A DNA stretch of 57,767 nucleotides from a virus (taxonomy: Duplodnaviria > Caudoviricetes), in IMG/VR virus record IMGVR_UViG_3300020392_000018, positions 1-57,767 of that record; one strand, 5' to 3'. Made by a program: the position numbers and the translations under genes. The notes beneath the pieces were generated by a model that was given only the letters and a program-made list of their open reading frames with translations, searched no databases and had not been told where the DNA came from. This document shows, piece after piece, positions 28,327 to 37,723 of this stretch. Every line of letters starts with the position of its first letter. Position 1 is the first letter of the stretch.

Positions 28327-28533
28327 TTAAATCCTCAATGCTTTTTGTAAGTCTTCATTTATTCTTTGTGATATTGCTTTTACAAAACTATCCTGTGCGT
28401 TTTTTAGCATTTCTTCATTGCTAAATGATACATCTATTCCTAATGTTTCCGAAAGTTCCTGCATGGCTTTTTGTCTTTCCATTTCTATCTCTAAAAATTT
28501 CTTGAACAATTGTATCTCTTGCATAGCAATCAC
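28327..28533 (-). CDS. Hypothetical protein
   Basis: ORF track; operon-coupled. Confidence 0.55.
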   Translation of the reverse strand: MIAMQEIQLFKKFLEIEMERQKAMQELSETLGIDVSFSNEEMLKNAQDSFVKAISQRINEDLQKALRI

Positions 28534-29648
28534 TCAAGTAAATAAACCAAATCGCCCTTTCCTTTCAGTATATCCATAGCCTCTTTAGTTAGAATATCGT
28601 ATTTTTCTTTAGTGGTAATATTACCACCTGTTTCAGCAATCATAATTGTTTGGTCATCATGTCGTAACAATTCAGCCGCCACTAGCATTGTTGTGGCTTT
28701 ATGTATAGCCGAAGGAACTCTTGAAGAACCCGCAACATAAGTAATTATAATTGAGTTTTGAGTATGATACGGATAATCTCTTAAGAAAAATATCCTACCA
28801 TCATCCTTGATACTCCAAAAACTGCCTAGTCTTTTCATATCCTGTTTGTCAGTAAATATCTCCGAAGTTGATTGTGAATTTTGACCTGCTTTATCTGTAA
28901 CTGTTATCGTGCATCCCGAACCATCTTCTCCTGCTAAAAGACTTGAAATATTAATTTTATATCCATCATCGGGGTCAATAGAAGCATAAAAGAAATCACT
29001 TATGCTTAGGTTATTAGGCGAAGAAGTCCTCTCTTTTTCTCTATTTGCCCCTGTAAATTGAGCAGTATTAGCAGGAAACTCTTCATTAATTAAATGACAA
29101 ATATCTCTTGCCGTCGTTTTTGCTCCAAACCTACTATCGAATGTATTATGTGCGGCCATCGTTCCTTCTCCTTGAAAGAACAACTCAAAGGTATCTCCGT
29201 TATTTGGTAATTGTAAAGTTATCTTTCTAAGATGTTGAAAGTTGTCGGGGTCTAATGTAACGCTTGCCTGAGCCGATGCTAATTCAAGGTAACTATTACC
29301 TTGCCAAACTTTCAAAGATATTACTTTCTTTAGTTTCATTGTGGCTAATTGTATAAATCCAACATAGCCACCATAATATGCTTGCATTGGGTGTCTAACA
29401 AATTCAAAGTCATGGAACTCATCTTTGTGAATAATTGGTCTGTATGACCTCTTTACTTTATCATCAACTATGCCCTCTATGTTTTTTATTATCTTACCGA
29501 CTTGCGCTTGACTAGGAAAAGTAGAAGATGTAAATGCAGGTATCTGTAACATATCCGATACTGCGTCTTTGTCGGTATAGAATCCTTTACCTGTTGAATA
29601 ATCAACATCAATAGATGTGTAGTCGCTTGGGGATGATGCTATTGCCAT
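28530..29648 (-). CDS. Head-tail adaptor (gp6/gp15-like) with insertion
   Basis: YTDKDAV N-terminus; ITYVAGSSRVPSAIHKATTMLVA C-terminal motif. Confidence 0.7.
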   Translation of the reverse strand: MAIASSPSDYTSIDVDYSTGKGFYTDKDAVSDMLQIPAFTSSTFPSQAQVGKIIKNIEGIVDDKVKRSYRPIIHKDEFHDFEFVRHPMQAYYGGYVGFIQLATMKLKKVISLKVWQGNSYLELASAQASVTLDPDNFQHLRKITLQLPNNGDTFELFFQGEGTMAAHNTFDSRFGAKTTARDICHLINEEFPANTAQFTGANREKERTSSPNNLSISDFFYASIDPDDGYKINISSLLAGEDGSGCTITVTDKAGQNSQSTSEIFTDKQDMKRLGSFWSIKDDGRIFFLRDYPYHTQNSIIITYVAGSSRVPSAIHKATTMLVAAELLRHDDQTIMIAETGGNITTKEKYDILTKEAMDILKGKGDLVYLLE

Positions 29649-29658
29649 ATTATTACCT

Positions 29659-31473
29659 CTACAATTTTATTATTGCTAACTCTCGTTTTATCTCATTGAT
29701 GAATTTTTTTACTTTGGCTATTTTTATATATTGTCCTTTTGGTTTCTTCTCAGACTCAGGAGTTCTTTCAGCAACCTTACTTCCATACCTATCAAGTAAA
29801 ATCTTTTTGCTAAACACAAACGATTTTGGCCCCTTTTTAGGAGATTTGATAGCATAGTTTGTGCCACTCTTTGTTTCTGTTGCCTTTATTACTATTTGAA
29901 TATTATACACTTTATTTAAATCTCTTAATAAGTTTCCAAATAAATCAATTAGAGTCTTTTCACCATTATATATTTCTTCAGCAAAATTAGTTAGTTTACC
30001 TTCTGCTAATTTCTTTCTTGTATCGTCTCTAATTTCATCGGACTCAAGTTCGTTTATCTGTTGTTCAATATATTCTCTTTTGGCTATTCTAATTTCTTTC
30101 AGTTTATCTAAAACCTCTAAGTTATCAATATTTACTTTATACTCATCGGGTGTTGTTAGACTAGATAGTAAGTCCTTTTCTTCTCTATTACCTACCATAA
30201 TAAAATTATTTAACACTAAAGAATGCGTAGCATATGTATCTACTCCGGCAATTTTAGCCATTCTTTCTCTTAATTGTTTTTCCGTAGAGTTATCTCCGAA
30301 CTTAGTTCTTTTTATTTTAGTAAGGAATTCTTCTTTTTCTTTGTCAGTAACATCGTCTAAATCCTCGCCATATTCATCTTTAAACAACTTAATTAAATAT
30401 CTTCTATATGATTCCAAAACGGGTTTCATTTCTCTAAGAGGTTGGCTTAGTTGCCTATATCTCTTAACATCTTCTTTATTTTCTTGCTCCCATTTGCCAC
30501 CGTATAATATAAACAATGTATCGGGTATGGTTGATAATATTTCTCCGGTTTTTGATGATAGGTCTACAACTTGATTTTTTGCAGAAAAGTCCGGTGTTCG
30601 CATTTGTTTCATAGGAACTTTAACCGGCCCTTTTCCTTGAGTGTCTTCTGCGACTTGAATATCTTTAACATCTTTTACTTGTCTTGGAAAACGGGCGGCT
30701 GTTGATATAGGTCGTGCGCTATCAAGGTCTTTTTTATCGTTGAATTTATATTTACCCGCAGGAGCAAAAACTTCTCCAATTTCATTCAAAGGCAACCTTC
30801 CATCACCGCTTCCAAAAACAGAACCCTCGCTTTTTCCCTCATCTCCACCTGCTGTAGATAGCCCTATATTTTTGAAGCCTAATTTTTTTAAGGTTTGATA
30901 TTTAATATTATTTCTTTTGCCAAACAACTCCATGCCATCTAACTTAAAAATTCTAAACCCTTTTCTATTTTCTACTTCTATTCTATCTGTAAAATATTCG
31001 TCTACTTCTGCGGTAGTTAATCCTCTTTCTAATTTCATTTCTGCTTTTCTTGAAAGTTCTGTATCTTCAAACAACTCGCCAAGTGTGTCACCTACTAGTT
31101 CACTGATACTAAGTTTTTTCAATTCTTCGCCTTTTTTGCTATTCATGAATTCAGTCATATCTTCATTCAATTGAATTTTACCATCTTCTAGCAATTTACC
31201 AATAGATTCATCTTCTATTTTTTCTATGGCTTGTTTGTATATAGTAACGAATTCAGTTTTAGTATATCCCTTTGTTCCTTTAGTGTTCCTATCTACGGTT
31301 TTGGGTTTATACTTTCTGTTGTATTTTTTTATTCCCTCCAATTCATCAGAATATTTCGCTTTATTTAAAAAATCAGCAAAAATGAATTCTGTTAATTTTT
31401 TCTTAGCGATTGTAGCATTCCATGTTTCGGCAACAACTCTCTCCGAGCCTATTGGTTTAACTCGAATTTCCAA
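29659..31473 (-). CDS. K/E-rich hypothetical protein
   Basis: 604-aa ORF, no recognised motif. Confidence 0.7.
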   Translation of the reverse strand: MEIRVKPIGSERVVAETWNATIAKKKLTEFIFADFLNKAKYSDELEGIKKYNRKYKPKTVDRNTKGTKGYTKTEFVTIYKQAIEKIEDESIGKLLEDGKIQLNEDMTEFMNSKKGEELKKLSISELVGDTLGELFEDTELSRKAEMKLERGLTTAEVDEYFTDRIEVENRKGFRIFKLDGMELFGKRNNIKYQTLKKLGFKNIGLSTAGGDEGKSEGSVFGSGDGRLPLNEIGEVFAPAGKYKFNDKKDLDSARPISTAARFPRQVKDVKDIQVAEDTQGKGPVKVPMKQMRTPDFSAKNQVVDLSSKTGEILSTIPDTLFILYGGKWEQENKEDVKRYRQLSQPLREMKPVLESYRRYLIKLFKDEYGEDLDDVTDKEKEEFLTKIKRTKFGDNSTEKQLRERMAKIAGVDTYATHSLVLNNFIMVGNREEKDLLSSLTTPDEYKVNIDNLEVLDKLKEIRIAKREYIEQQINELESDEIRDDTRKKLAEGKLTNFAEEIYNGEKTLIDLFGNLLRDLNKVYNIQIVIKATETKSGTNYAIKSPKKGPKSFVFSKKILLDRYGSKVAERTPESEKKPKGQYIKIAKVKKFINEIKRELAIIKL

Positions 31474-31485
31474 ATTTAATCACCT

Positions 31486-32169
31486 TCACATTAACCATTT
31501 AGCCCAAGCCGCACCTTTTTGTATAGCACTACCTAAACCTAATCCGCTTTGTGGAGGTTCGTAACTCATTTGTCCTTGAGCATCTATCCAATATGGTCTT
31601 CCATAATTATCAGTTCCCGATGGTGGAATAGGATAGCCACTACCATTATTCATAGCACCTTGCATTTGTTGATATTGTTGAGTTTGTCCTGTTATTCCTG
31701 CTATCGCCATACCTGCTGTCGGTTGCACCATTTGTTGTGTTTGCATACCACCGCCGCCACTAAATCCTTGAGATTCTAGGTATTGTTGTTTTGCTAACTT
31801 TCTTTGATTGACAACTTCTGTATTGATTGCCGCATCTAATATATTCTTAATATCCAACTCAATGTTCTCTTGAGTAATTTTCTCAAACTCTCTCATAGCA
31901 TCGTTATGAATCTTTAACATGCCTGTTGTAGAATCAGTTGTAAATTGTAACTTAGCCAACATTTTACTAACTACTCTTTCTACAACATCTTCCATAAGTT
32001 TCTCCATCTGTGTCAAAAACATTTGACCATGATATTGAAAGAACTCTTCGACATGATTATCTTGTAAAGAAAGTAAGTTATTTACATTCTTGAATTGTTG
32101 GTCACTCTGTTGTTGAACTGCTCCTAAAACTGTCCCATTACTTGTTCCGAATATTCCCATATTACTCAC
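31486..32169 (-). CDS. Hypothetical protein, coiled-coil + Q/G/P-rich tail + C-terminal amphipathic helix
   Basis: Ends GLGLGSAIQKGAAWAKWLM. Confidence 0.7.
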   Translation of the reverse strand: MSNMGIFGTSNGTVLGAVQQQSDQQFKNVNNLLSLQDNHVEEFFQYHGQMFLTQMEKLMEDVVERVVSKMLAKLQFTTDSTTGMLKIHNDAMREFEKITQENIELDIKNILDAAINTEVVNQRKLAKQQYLESQGFSGGGGMQTQQMVQPTAGMAIAGITGQTQQYQQMQGAMNNGSGYPIPPSGTDNYGRPYWIDAQGQMSYEPPQSGLGLGSAIQKGAAWAKWLM

Positions 32170-32794
32170 CTTTCGCTCCCTTTAATAAATGATTTATCCT
32201 TTCTGTATTTAATTGTATTTCAGTATTCAATCTAACTATTTCTGCCAGTTGTGTTTCTTCGTCTGCTATTGGTGTTGGTGGCGTTATAGTCCATCCCATG
32301 CTAGTCAGCCTCATAACATCTTCTTTTGTTAAGTCAGTTATTTGTTGTCTTTTTAACATAGATGGCATTTTCGCTTTAGGAATAAATGCTTTAAAATCTA
32401 ATCCGTGTTCATCAGCCAGTATTTGTTGTTGTAGCATTTCCATTTGCTTATGGATAGCCGCATGTCTAGGACAGTAAGTTCCTCTAAGTGGCCTACCCTT
32501 CTCTACTTTATCTAGTGGTATTGGTGGTCTTAAATAATCACCGGACTCCCAAATATGATGAGTTCCACATACTACACACCTATCTTTAAAGTTAAACTTG
32601 TGACCATATCTTATGAAAAGAACCTTCTTCTTTTCCGGCAACAACACTTTTCTTATTTCTTTCATTTGCTTCTTTGGTTTTAGCGCATCAAACTTATAAT
32701 CTTCGATTGCCCCAACTGCTCTATACTGTTGTAGTTTAGGCAAAAAGGCATTCTTCGCTTGTTGCGTATTTATCAAATTCGGTTGCTGATACAT
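32162..32794 (-). CDS. Zn-binding hypothetical protein
   Basis: CVVCGTHH...YCPRH. Confidence 0.7.
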   Translation of the reverse strand: MYQQPNLINTQQAKNAFLPKLQQYRAVGAIEDYKFDALKPKKQMKEIRKVLLPEKKKVLFIRYGHKFNFKDRCVVCGTHHIWESGDYLRPPIPLDKVEKGRPLRGTYCPRHAAIHKQMEMLQQQILADEHGLDFKAFIPKAKMPSMLKRQQITDLTKEDVMRLTSMGWTITPPTPIADEETQLAEIVRLNTEIQLNTERINHLLKGAKGE

Positions 32795-32797
32795 CTT

Positions 32798-33358
32798 TCA
32801 TTCCTCTAAGTTTTTTCTCCAATTTTCCGACTCTTCCATTTCTTCTTCTTGTTCGGGGGTAAGGTGCATAGCAGGGTTAATATTTGGTTCAAGCACCTTG
32901 AATCTTTCAATAATCTTTTTTTGTTCTTTATCAACAAATTGTGCTACTTGTGAATTTGGTTCATGGGTATGTATTTCAATATGAGGGGGGTCGCCATACT
33001 GACCTAGAAAATATATCCATATACTGCTTGAGGGAAGATTAAATAAATATTCTTCTCCTAATTTTTTCCATTCATCTTCTTTAATATCAATTTTATACCA
33101 TTCCGCCCCACTTGCCATCATTTCTGATTTAAAAGTATCGTCTCCGCCAAACTCACCATTCACTATATCGTCTAGGGTAAACCAAGCGATATTAAGCGTG
33201 TATTCCTTTGACATATAGACTTGACCTGAAAACCCTTCAACTAACTTGGCATCCTTTCCATATATTTTTTCAAGTTCGTCTAATATTTTTTTGGTCAAAT
33301 TATCAAGATATTTTTGAGCCGAATACCTACCCATGCTCTTTATAATTTTAAACCACAT
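32798..33358 (-). CDS. Hypothetical protein with W-x-x-I-I-K leader
   Basis: Likely start MWFKIIKS at 33358. Confidence 0.65.
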   Translation of the reverse strand: MWFKIIKSMGRYSAQKYLDNLTKKILDELEKIYGKDAKLVEGFSGQVYMSKEYTLNIAWFTLDDIVNGEFGGDDTFKSEMMASGAEWYKIDIKEDEWKKLGEEYLFNLPSSSIWIYFLGQYGDPPHIEIHTHEPNSQVAQFVDKEQKKIIERFKVLEPNINPAMHLTPEQEEEMEESENWRKNLEE

Positions 33359-33363
33359 AATAA

Positions 33364-34026
33364 TCAATAATCCTTTATCATACTAGTAATTCCTTTATAC
33401 ACCATTTCGGGGTCGGACTTTGCTGATACTATATATTTGAAACAAGGTATGCCCTTGTCATTCAACTGCCTCATCCCGTATGTAAATGGTTCAAATATTT
33501 CATGTTTATCTATGGACTTATCACTCTTGTATTTATCTCCCCACATATCATATTTGTTAGCCCATATACCAACAGCCATAGGATAGTCTGCCTCTTTCTT
33601 CTTTCTACCCGAAGGCCACCTGTCTGCTACAATAGTATCTACTAAAAACTTCCATGCTAATTGATGGTCTAAATTAGAAGGTGAATCTAAATGCCTGTGG
33701 TCTATCATGAAAATAATATACTTTACTCTACGCTTCTGCATATCCTTAACCCATTCTTTCCAATAGATTGCCTCTCCTCCTAAGTCAGCACTTTTAATTG
33801 TATGAGAGTCACCATCAATCTTTACATTTTTTCTAGTGGCTCTATGTAAACCAACAGTTCTATCGTTTATTGTGGGAACTTCGCCCCTTGTTCTAAGTTG
33901 ATGACTCAAAGTTGTTTTACCAACCATTGTAGAACCATAGACTCCAAAATTAATTGCGTGAACTCTTTTGTAGAAACCTATTATGGCTTCACCAACTAAT
34001 ATGGCAAAGCCTGTCATTATTGACAT
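33364..34026 (-). CDS. Ras-superfamily small GTPase (Arf/Sar1-like)
   Basis: G1 GSTMVGKTT, G2 RTVG, G3 DLGGE, G4 NKYD, G5 SAK; start at ATG 34026 (TAATG overlap). Confidence 0.9.
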   Translation of the reverse strand: MSIMTGFAILVGEAIIGFYKRVHAINFGVYGSTMVGKTTLSHQLRTRGEVPTINDRTVGLHRATRKNVKIDGDSHTIKSADLGGEAIYWKEWVKDMQKRRVKYIIFMIDHRHLDSPSNLDHQLAWKFLVDTIVADRWPSGRKKKEADYPMAVGIWANKYDMWGDKYKSDKSIDKHEIFEPFTYGMRQLNDKGIPCFKYIVSAKSDPEMVYKGITSMIKDY

Positions 34027-34316
34027 TAAACAATCACTAATCCCTTTCCTTCCATGCGTTCCCAAAAAGTAATTGCTTCATCTACAGGCATATGAACTAG
34101 AGGAATATCATTAGTTTCAATTTCTCCTTCTAAATAATCAATAAATTCTCTTAGGTATTTTTCACCTAAGCCCTTATTTCTATATCCCTTTTTTAAACCA
34201 AATTGATTAATTTGCCAATAAGTTCCATATTCTCCATCAATTAATTCTGCTTCTCCATCACTTATTCTATCGTTAGAAATCCAAGAATAAGTGCTTTTGA
34301 GAACATCTTTCCACAT
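34026..34316 (-). CDS. GNAT acetyltransferase-like protein with W-x-x-V-L-K leader
   Basis: YRNKGLGEKYL acetyl-CoA motif A; EAITFWERM. Confidence 0.65.
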   Translation of the reverse strand: MWKDVLKSTYSWISNDRISDGEAELIDGEYGTYWQINQFGLKKGYRNKGLGEKYLREFIDYLEGEIETNDIPLVHMPVDEAITFWERMEGKGLVIV

Positions 34317-34317
34317 A

Positions 34318-34536
34318 TTAATGCCCCCAAATATCTTTAGCCCTCTCTATAATCCAACCCATTATATTAATGTCAAAGACTCCCATTATATTACCAATCA
34401 AAAAGGCTGATAGTGCCGCACAAGAACCCCAAAAATACATCTTCATTTTTATGAAGAACATATCTGCTGAATGCGCTCGACTTTGATTATATACATAGTC
34501 GGACTCACTAAAGCCCATTATGTCGCCAAAGACCAA
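34318..34536 (-). CDS. Small membrane protein
   Basis: Hydrophobic MYFWGSCAALSAFLIGNIMGVF. Confidence 0.65.
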   Translation of the reverse strand: MVFGDIMGFSESDYVYNQSRAHSADMFFIKMKMYFWGSCAALSAFLIGNIMGVFDINIMGWIIERAKDIWGH

Positions 34537-34547
34537 ATGACCACAAC

Positions 34548-34955
34548 CTACTGTTGTATAGTCGCTAAGAATTCATTTCCTATTGTGTTGTCGTCGTATT
34601 CTTCAGCCGCCATAACATTACTGCGCCAATTTTCACGCCTTACTGTTCCGAACTGTTTCATGCTTTCTTGTAGTTTAGACTTGATTTGTTCTTCTCTTTG
34701 TAATCTTTGGAAATGGTTTTCTATTTGTCTATCTAACAATCTAATCTCAATCTTGTCGTTTAATGATAAGTCAAATAGTGCTTTCATAACCATGATTGCT
34801 CCTACTGTAATAAGTCCAAATAAGACAGAATGCGCTAATGCTCCGTAGGGGAAACCTAGACCGTATGCTGAATAAAAATATACATTCGCTCCGCTAACCG
34901 TTCCGACAAATAGAATTGTCATAACCAACCTTGTATCTTGACTTAGTGCCGCCAT
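34548..34955 (-). CDS. Two-TM membrane protein with C-terminal coiled coil (holin-like topology)
   Basis: Two hydrophobic segments followed by charged helix. Confidence 0.65.
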   Translation of the reverse strand: MAALSQDTRLVMTILFVGTVSGANVYFYSAYGLGFPYGALAHSVLFGLITVGAIMVMKALFDLSLNDKIEIRLLDRQIENHFQRLQREEQIKSKLQESMKQFGTVRRENWRSNVMAAEEYDDNTIGNEFLATIQQ

Positions 34956-34964
34956 AATAAAACC

Positions 34965-35270
34965 TCAATTGAACTCAACGGAGATATTAGCCGTAGAACT
35001 TCCCGCTTCAGTTATTTCTAGGAATATTCCGTTCCTACACAAAACCCCATGCATATCATATTCTAAGTTATAGTGACCATTAGTTGCTTGATGTATTCTA
35101 GCAATTTCTGTTCCTGTGTTGTCTGTTCCATTGAAAACTTTAACCGTTACTGCATCTCCACCGGAGATTGAGATTGCCGCATGGATGCTAATTAACTTAG
35201 AATTCTCCTTGCTTACAACCGCACTTGCACCTAAAACGCCACTACTTCTGCAACCGCCTATACCCGCCAT
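34965..35270 (-). CDS. Putative virion beta-protein
   Basis: GGTGA RBS; small beta-rich; downstream of capsid genes. Confidence 0.55.
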   Translation of the reverse strand: MAGIGGCRSSGVLGASAVVSKENSKLISIHAAISISGGDAVTVKVFNGTDNTGTEIARIHQATNGHYNLEYDMHGVLCRNGIFLEITEAGSSTANISVEFN

Positions 35271-35322
35271 ACTCTCACCTGTTCAATTGATGGAGATAGA
35301 CTCCACCTATTTAATGTAGCGA

Positions 35323-35667
35323 TTACTCTTTCTTTGTTTTAGAAGGAGTTTTTGCTTTTGGTTTAGGCTTTGGTTTAGGTTTAGGTTTAGACTTCTCTTT
35401 CTTAGGAAGAAGTTCATCTGCTAATTCTTTGACAGTTGAAATGTCCTTACCTATTTCCCTACAGCCTATTAGAACTAGTTTTTCATTAAGTCCTAATAAC
35501 TCTTCACGGTCTTCTTCGTCAAACCTAAAAAACAAGTTTGGGTCGGAAAGACGAACAACCGACCATTTTACTGAAACGGTTGCTTCGTCTTTCCTTGTTA
35601 TTTCTTGTTTTGGTGTAATGTTAAGCCTACCGATTTTTGAATCATCAGTTAATCTAACTGTTACCAA
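35323..35667 (-). CDS. Hypothetical protein with KP-repeat basic tail
   Basis: KSKPKPKPKPKPKAK. Confidence 0.65.
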   Translation of the reverse strand: MVTVRLTDDSKIGRLNITPKQEITRKDEATVSVKWSVVRLSDPNLFFRFDEEDREELLGLNEKLVLIGCREIGKDISTVKELADELLPKKEKSKPKPKPKPKPKAKTPSKTKKE

Positions 35668-35677
35668 TCAAGCCACC

Positions 35678-36031
35678 TCAAAGGTTGCCCCAAACTCTTA
35701 GTCTAACAGAACCACCGTTGCCATCATCGGAAACGGTAGCGTTTGTTCCATCAAGTGAAGTGAACATTAGAGCAAGAGAAGTGCTTGATTCATAAGCCCC
35801 TGTTGCTGAACACTCGATTTGAGGTTGTATTCCGTTAGCGTTATCAAAACCTGTAATTGTTGCACAATGTATTGTAGACAATCCAAAGTCAGCCGCAGGT
35901 ATAACTGAACCTGCCGCAACAATGGAAGTTACATCAACTAGTGCATCAACAACATATTCATCACCGCTTACTTTAGGTCTAGTGATTCCCTTGTGGTCTG
36001 CTAGTAAAGTTACTGTAAATGCCAATGCCAT
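35678..36031 (-). CDS. Putative capsid decoration protein
   Basis: Small G/S/T-rich protein downstream of MCP; GGTGA RBS. Confidence 0.55.
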   Translation of the reverse strand: MALAFTVTLLADHKGITRPKVSGDEYVVDALVDVTSIVAAGSVIPAADFGLSTIHCATITGFDNANGIQPQIECSATGAYESSTSLALMFTSLDGTNATVSDDGNGGSVRLRVWGNL

Positions 36032-36042
36032 TTAAAATCACC

Positions 36043-36363
36043 TTACTGTCCAATTGCGAAAAATGTTCCAACTTCATTAGAACCAGTAACAATTGTTACT
36101 TGAACATTCGCTACTGCGTTTGCATCAGAACTTCTTTCATCTGTTCCATCACCCGAAAACAGTAGTGGTAATGTTTCATTCACTACGGGTTGGTTTGCAG
36201 AAACAGAAGAACCCTTTGGTTGTAGTTGAACATGGAAAATTTCTTCCGTATTAGGGAAAGTAATATCCCCGCCTGTGCTACTACTAGTGTTCGTGTATGT
36301 TCCAAAAAACAACTTTAAGTTTCCTAGCGTTAATTCATTTTCTATTGTTGTGCTAAATGCCAT
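36043..36363 (-). CDS. Putative capsid decoration protein
   Basis: Immediately downstream of MCP; strong GGAGAGG RBS. Confidence 0.55.
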   Translation of the reverse strand: MAFSTTIENELTLGNLKLFFGTYTNTSSSTGGDITFPNTEEIFHVQLQPKGSSVSANQPVVNETLPLLFSGDGTDERSSDANAVANVQVTIVTGSNEVGTFFAIGQ

Positions 36364-36384
36364 ATATATCCTCTCCTTTTTTCC

Positions 36385-37722
36385 TCACTGTATGTTTGTT
36401 ATCTTTCCTTGTCCTCTAAAGAATGAACATCCTACTTCACCTATTGTTCGGTATAATGCCCTGTTACCTAGAGTTCCAACACCGAATGGGTTTCCGTTAG
36501 CAATACCATCTTCAAAGTATTGAGTTGGCTTCATAACGGATAGCCATAGGTGGTCTGTATCAAGGAATAGTAAATCACTTATTTTTTCCGAACCGTTACC
36601 TGTTTGACACATATCCTTTACAGGAATAAGTGGCAAGTCATAGTAAGTAGCGACTCTAAATCCAACTTCTTGACCCTTTACACCACGAACACCATTTACA
36701 GTTGGGACAATTTCTTTTCTGTCCATGAATCTTTCTTGGCTTTGTAGCAAGTCAGCAATTGTTTGAATAGTATCATATCCGGTTAGAATAACCTTTGGAG
36801 AACCACCGGCTAGTCTTAGGTTTCTAATCATATCATTCAATCTTGTTAGAGTTAGTGAACGGACATCTCCTGCCGCATAACCACTACCAAAGTCTACTTC
36901 TGCATCAAGGAAAGAAGCGGCGGTAAATCTCTCTCTACCGTAAATCTTTCCTAGAGCGTTAGAAGCGGAAGTAACATCAGTTGCGATAGCCCCATCGTCA
37001 ATTGCTAGTAGTTCTGCTCTTGAGGTAATAACCTTGTTTAGAGAAGTATAGTTGTTACCGATGCTTGGCATAGCGGCTGATTCACCATAATGTTCTAGTG
37101 GCATAACCAACATCTTGTTTTGAACTTCAGCGTGATGCTTACCCATATCTTCACGCATTTGCGCTCTAATATCGCCAATACCATCATCAATTTGTGCCAT
37201 TTCCATAGCAAGTTCGCTGAAATCAAATTGGTGTGCAACTACTTTAGGACTCATGTTGAGTTGTGCATAAGTTGGTGCAATTGGGCCAAGTCCATCAGCC
37301 GCAGTTGAAAGTCCTGCGTTTTCAGGGACACCACCAATAAGGTCTGCTCTTGGACTATCCGAACCTAATTCGCCTAGTGATGCAGTTCCGCTTGTATCAA
37401 CAGTAAACAAATTACCGCTTCCACCGGCAGGTCGTGATTGTAGAACTCTCCATCCACTAGAAGAATATGGCCTCTTTGAAATCATTGAAAGAGCATTAAC
37501 TTCTCTATTCAACATTGACCAAACTTTTTGTCCGTAAACAATGTTGTAAAGTGCTGATACATCACTAATGCCACTACCGGAGAATGCCGGAGAACCATCA
37601 TGTCCTGTGTGTATTCCACCTACAGCACCGGCTTGCTTCAAAAGAGCGTTACCGGCAGGTAGATTGCTTATTCCATATGTGCTTGCTTCTAAATCTGCGA
37701 TTGTGTTAATATAACCTGTCAT
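36385..37722 (-). CDS. Major capsid protein (HK97 fold)
   Basis: Follows protease-scaffold; PKVVAHQFDFSE, DMGKHHAE, YYDLPLIP, FLDTDHL, QGKITNI patterns. Confidence 0.88.
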   Translation of the reverse strand: MTGYINTIADLEASTYGISNLPAGNALLKQAGAVGGIHTGHDGSPAFSGSGISDVSALYNIVYGQKVWSMLNREVNALSMISKRPYSSSGWRVLQSRPAGGSGNLFTVDTSGTASLGELGSDSPRADLIGGVPENAGLSTAADGLGPIAPTYAQLNMSPKVVAHQFDFSELAMEMAQIDDGIGDIRAQMREDMGKHHAEVQNKMLVMPLEHYGESAAMPSIGNNYTSLNKVITSRAELLAIDDGAIATDVTSASNALGKIYGRERFTAASFLDAEVDFGSGYAAGDVRSLTLTRLNDMIRNLRLAGGSPKVILTGYDTIQTIADLLQSQERFMDRKEIVPTVNGVRGVKGQEVGFRVATYYDLPLIPVKDMCQTGNGSEKISDLLFLDTDHLWLSVMKPTQYFEDGIANGNPFGVGTLGNRALYRTIGEVGCSFFRGQGKITNIQ

Positions 37723-37723
37723 C

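Noticed and set aside
26143-29648. Contractile tail sheath or baseplate wedge
   Set aside because: No sheath or baseplate-J motifs recognised; the gene order fits a non-contractile tail.
34027-34065. N-terminal extension MGTHGRKG of the GTPase (possible Arf-like myristoylation Gly2)
   Set aside because: It overlaps the upstream gene. ATG 34026 with TAATG coupling and an upstream GTGA is the likelier start, so Gly2 is probably an artefact.
35355-35392. (ggttta)n telomere-like repeat
   Set aside because: It encodes the KPKPKP tail of ORF 35323..35667.
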